This document shows, piece by piece, positions 60,431-64,000 of a stretch of 64,000 bases of DNA. Position numbers and translations under genes: made by a program. A model generated the notes under the pieces. The model saw only the letters and a list, made by a program, of their open reading frames with translations. It did not search any database and was not told where the DNA came from. The stretch's first letter is position 1. The number at the start of each line of letters is the position of its first letter. The stretch comes from Felis catus (taxonomy: Eukaryota), in NCBI RefSeq assembly GCF_018350175.1, contig NC_058368.1, forward strand, positions 231,324,001 to 231,388,000, read 5' to 3'.

Positions 60431-61140
60431 AATTATGTTTTTAAATAGTATGCCTTAGTCCATCTGTGCTGCTAAAAAAATACCATAAACTGAGTGGTTT
60501 TGTAGGTTTTGCATCAAAGTGCGCCATGCTGAGTCAATGGGATGCAGTACGGATATTGAAAGGACTTCTTTCTTTTGGTGCCTTTTATTTTAAGCAAACT
60601 TCGGACTAAAACTCTTCCCTATAATGACACCTCCCTTTGGGCCAACTAGGAAGTCGACTCGTGGTTTTAAGTGGCGTGTCTGTATGTAGACTCATTCTGC
60701 AGCTTCCCAGAACGCTTCAAGTGGCCTTTAATGCAGCTCATCCTAGAAGCTGTCCTGTGGGCATTTCTGTATCAAAATATTTTCTTTCAAATTGCAAATC
60801 CCAGTAGCTCAAAATCATCAGAATGCAATGGAGCAGGAGAAAATCTGATTTAATATCCATCTCTGCAAATTGAACACTTAGGTGAGGAAGGCAGGGGCTG
60901 AGGAATCCCTTCAGGATGGCGAAGGAACCTGGCCACCCCAGGCAGCTACTGATCCCTGGCCAACGGCAGGGTGGGGGGAGGTGGGGGGGGGGGGAGGAGG
61001 AGGAAACGTACAGCAAAGGCCGAGACGTCACTTGGGATTTCAGGGGAGCCCTCCTCGGGGGCTCTTACCGGCTTAGCAGACGAAGGTATGGAGAGCAGAC
61101 TCCCCCTTCTGTCAATCCCAATTCCAAATCTGTTCTCTTC

Positions 61141-61574
61141 TGTGCTGGGTTGAATAGTGTCCCCACCAGCGTCCTGCCCACCTGGAGCCTCAGAAGGTGA
61201 CCTTTGGAAAGAGCGTTTGCAGATGTAATTAGTTGCAGTGAGGTCATGCTAGAGTAAGGTGGGCCCCAACCCGATGGCTGGTGTCCGTGTAAGACGAGAG
61301 AACCGAGACTTGGACATGCAGGAGGGCCACGTGGCTAGGGAAGCAGAGGCTGGAGGGACGCATCTGTAAGTCAAGGACACTGAGGGTTGCTGGCACACCA
61401 GCAGATGCTAGAAGGGGCAAAGAAGGATTCTTTCCAGAGCCTCTAGTGGGGACACGATCCTGCTGACATCTCAGCTTTGGGTTTCTGGCCTCCAGGACTG
61501 TGGGAGAAAAAGTGGCAGTTGTCTTATGCTACTCAGTTGGTAGCGAGTTGTTTTGCAGCCCTAGAAAATCCTAT
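61141..61574 (+). mobile_element. MLT1B/C solo LTR
   Basis: tgtgctgggttgaatagtgtcccc...tgacctttggaaagagcgtttgcagatgtaattag...ttctggcctccaggactgtg...gcagccctagaaaa. Confidence 0.88.
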
Positions 61575-62437
61575 GCCCTCTTAGAAGAAGAAGACGTCTA
61601 GCCATTTGGGGGCCATTTGAAGGACCAGAAACTTCTTTATCTTCTCGGGTGGCCCAGGGTCTCGGCTTGGCCCCAATTTGTACGCACAGGTGAGTTTGGT
61701 GTTTGAAGCTGTTGAACTGTCGGGCTGATTTCAGAGATGGTGGCTCGTTATGTCTTTCTGTCGTCTGAGGGCTCACTGGAGCTGAGTCTCCAATGGTCTG
61801 TGAGTCACGTGAGAGATGCCGTGGGGGTTCCCTGCCTTCAGGGCGAGGCAGGTCTGGATGTGCAGACCTGAATGAAGCGCACGGAGGATGGGGTGTGGGA
61901 GTGAGCCGGGCATTCTCTGCATTTGGAGGAGGGGAGATCACGAATTTCCGTCTTAGTATGAGTTGGCAGGATGGGTCAGGGGAGGGGGAAGCCTGCAGAT
62001 GGGGGAAAGGAGAGATCCACTTGGCCAGCTTCTTCTCCTGGCTATAGTGCCGGGCCCAGCTCTGCGAGCTGCAGACAGCACCGCCCCCGAGACAGCCCCA
62101 GCCGGTGAGAGGCAGACGGGGCCAGGACCTTGCAGCTCAGAGCCCCGAGTCCTAATTCGTGACCTGCCGCTTCACCAGGTCCTGATGACCTTTGTGTGCC
62201 TACGTGCGCCACCCCAAAATACCAAATCACTCGCTGCGGTGTCCAGTTTCCAGCGGTACATAAACGATTGGAGAGCAGGTTGGAAATGCCAGAGGTTCAG
62301 AAATGACGAACCGTAGTTCTCATGATCTCGTCAGTCTGGCCTTGGTTTATGCTGCCAAACCTCAGCAAACTCTCTCTGCTTTCCACTGGCCTCTGTCTGA
62401 ATATTTGACCGTGAGTAGATTTTGCTGCCGGTTTTTC

Positions 62438-62467
62438 TTGTTGTTGTTGTTGTGGTTGTTGTTGTTA
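62438..62467. repeat. Imperfect (TTG)n microsatellite
   Basis: ttgttgttgttgttgtggttgttgttgtt. Confidence 0.85.
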
Positions 62468-62814
62468 AACACGCGCTGGACGTCCTCTGTGTGGAAGCAA
62501 GCGTCCTGGTGTATTTTACCTCTGTATTTCCTTCCTAGCTCTTTCTTGGAGGACAGACTTCCTACATCTGTTAGCCTCATGGAAGTGATTAGGAGTGTAG
62601 CAATGGCAACATGCACGTGCGATGTCATATTTTGCAGAAATGAAACTCTGCAAAGCTTCTGCAGTCAAGGGGAGGTATCGAGGTGTAGAGGAAGGGACTG
62701 CAGATCCGTAGGGCTGGGCTCTGCTTGTGGCTCACGTGTGATTATTACCATTTGATGGATGTTATGCGCAGGGCCGGGTGCCTCGTTTAATTTTGTTATT
62801 TTTTTTGTATAGTT

Positions 62815-63470
62815 CTTTTCTTTTTTTTTCTTTTAAAAATTGACGTGAAATTCACATAACAGAATCCACCATTTTAAAGTGAACAATTCAGTGGCATTTA
62901 GGACATTCACAGTGCCGTTCAACCCTCACCTCCATATAGTTCCAAAACATTTTCAATCCCCAAAAGGAAAACCTAACAGTAAGCTGTGGCTCTGTGGCCC
63001 CTCCTACCCGCACCCCCCCCCCCCCCCAGCATCCACCAGTCGGCTTTCCTTCTCTGTGGATTTACCTGTTCTAGAATTTCCTAGGAGTGCAATCATAAAA
63101 CCTTTCGGTTCAAGCTTCTTCCATGTAGCTTGTTTTTGAGGTCCATCCATGTTGTAACACGTAGCAGCACTTCATTCCTGTTTACGGCTGGATACTCTTC
63201 ATTCTATGGCGATGCTCTGTTTATCCATTCATCTGCCGGAGGACATTTGAGCTTTGTTCACCTTGTGGCTATAGTGATGGCATTGCTGTGAATATGTGTG
63301 TACCTACATACATTTATTTTAGTACCGGTTTTCAACTTGGGGGGTGTATACTTAGAAGTGGAATGGCTGGGTCATATGATAATTTTGTGGTTAACTTTTC
63401 CCTCAGTGGCTGCTGCACCATTTTATGTTCCCACCAGCAATATACAAAGTGCCTACTTTTTAAATTAAAA
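62815..63470 (-). mobile_element. L1 3' end (L1MB/ME-like)
   Basis: ccattttaaagtgaacaattcagtggcatttag, gtttatccattcatctg and agaagtggaatggctgggtcatatg. Confidence 0.85.
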
Positions 63471-63477
63471 AAAAAGG

Positions 63478-63690
63478 GGGGTGGTGTGCCTGGGTGGCTC
63501 AGCCGGTTAAGCACCTGACTTCAGCTCAGGTCATGATCTCCCAGTTTGTGGGTTTGAGCCCCGCATTGGGGGCTGTGCTGACAGCTCAGAGCCTGGAGCC
63601 TGCTTCGGATTCTGTGTCTCCCTCTCTCTCTGCCCTTCCCCCACCCAAGCTCTGTCTCTCTCTCTCTCTCTCAAAAATAAATAAACAAAA
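63478..63690 (+). mobile_element. SINEC_Fc-type SINE
   Basis: Head gtgcctgggtggctcagccgg, CT-rich stretch and aaaataaataaac tail. Confidence 0.93.
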
Positions 63691-63925
63691 TTTTTATATG
63701 ATTAGCATATAGTGTTACATCAGTTTCAAGTGTACAATCTAGTGATTCAACAATCTATACATTACCCAGCACACAACAGGGTAAGTGTACTCTTAATCCC
63801 CTTTATCCGTCTCACCTCTCCCCCACCACCTCCCCTCTGGCGACCATCAGTTTGTTCTCTGTATTTAAGAGTCTGTTTTTTTGTTTCTCTGGGAGTTTTT
63901 TGTTTGTTTGTTTGTTCATTTGTTT
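63691..63925 (-). mobile_element. Carnivore L1 3' end fragment
   Basis: agtgattcaacaatctatacattaccca...gtactcttaatcccctt...ccatcagtttgttctctgtatttaagagtctg. Confidence 0.8.
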
Positions 63926-64000
63926 CTTTTTTTTTTTTCAACGTTTATTTATTTTTGGGACAGAGAGAGACAGAGCATGAACGGGGGAGGGGCAGAGAGA
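63926..64000 (-). mobile_element. Young SINEC_Fc, cut by the window end
   Basis: ttcaacgtttatttatttttgggacagagagagacagagcatgaacgggggagggg, nearly identical to the other young copies. Confidence 0.92.

Noticed and set aside
1..64000. Identity of the host gene or chromosome
   Set aside because: No recognisable exon is present. A genome alignment would be needed.

Overview
This is mammalian non-coding DNA, almost certainly felid: it holds about 32 carnivore tRNA-derived SINEs (SINEC/CanSINE), including young SINEC_Fc-type copies with intact target-site duplications (TSDs). I recognise no protein-coding exon, RNA gene or host gene. The short ORFs in the track are chance ORFs or repeat-derived. 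The window is a mosaic of SINEs, L1 fragments, MIR/L2, MaLR (MLT1) and ERV-L LTRs, hAT MITEs and microsatellites, separated by unique blocks that look regulatory. The only recognisable protein-coding remnants are a decayed ERV-L pol gene (RT, RNase H, integrase, then PPT and 3' LTR; about 56.7-60.0 kb, minus strand) and L1 ORF2 fragments. The most notable observations are: (1) a young, about 98% identical 340-bp segment copied 1.5 kb away inside the ancient ERV-L, with CTAGGA at both ends; (2) a 22-bp palindrome combining an RFX X-box with two SOX motifs; (3) a 42-bp duplication that doubles an octamer motif; (4) a CTCF core inside a MER91-like element; (5) a strong SINE strand bias (about 27 minus vs 5 plus); (6) several nested or inverted SINE structures. 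I found no convincing evidence of a new biological system. Repeat family names come from recalled consensus sequences, not a database search, and most boundaries are approximate.
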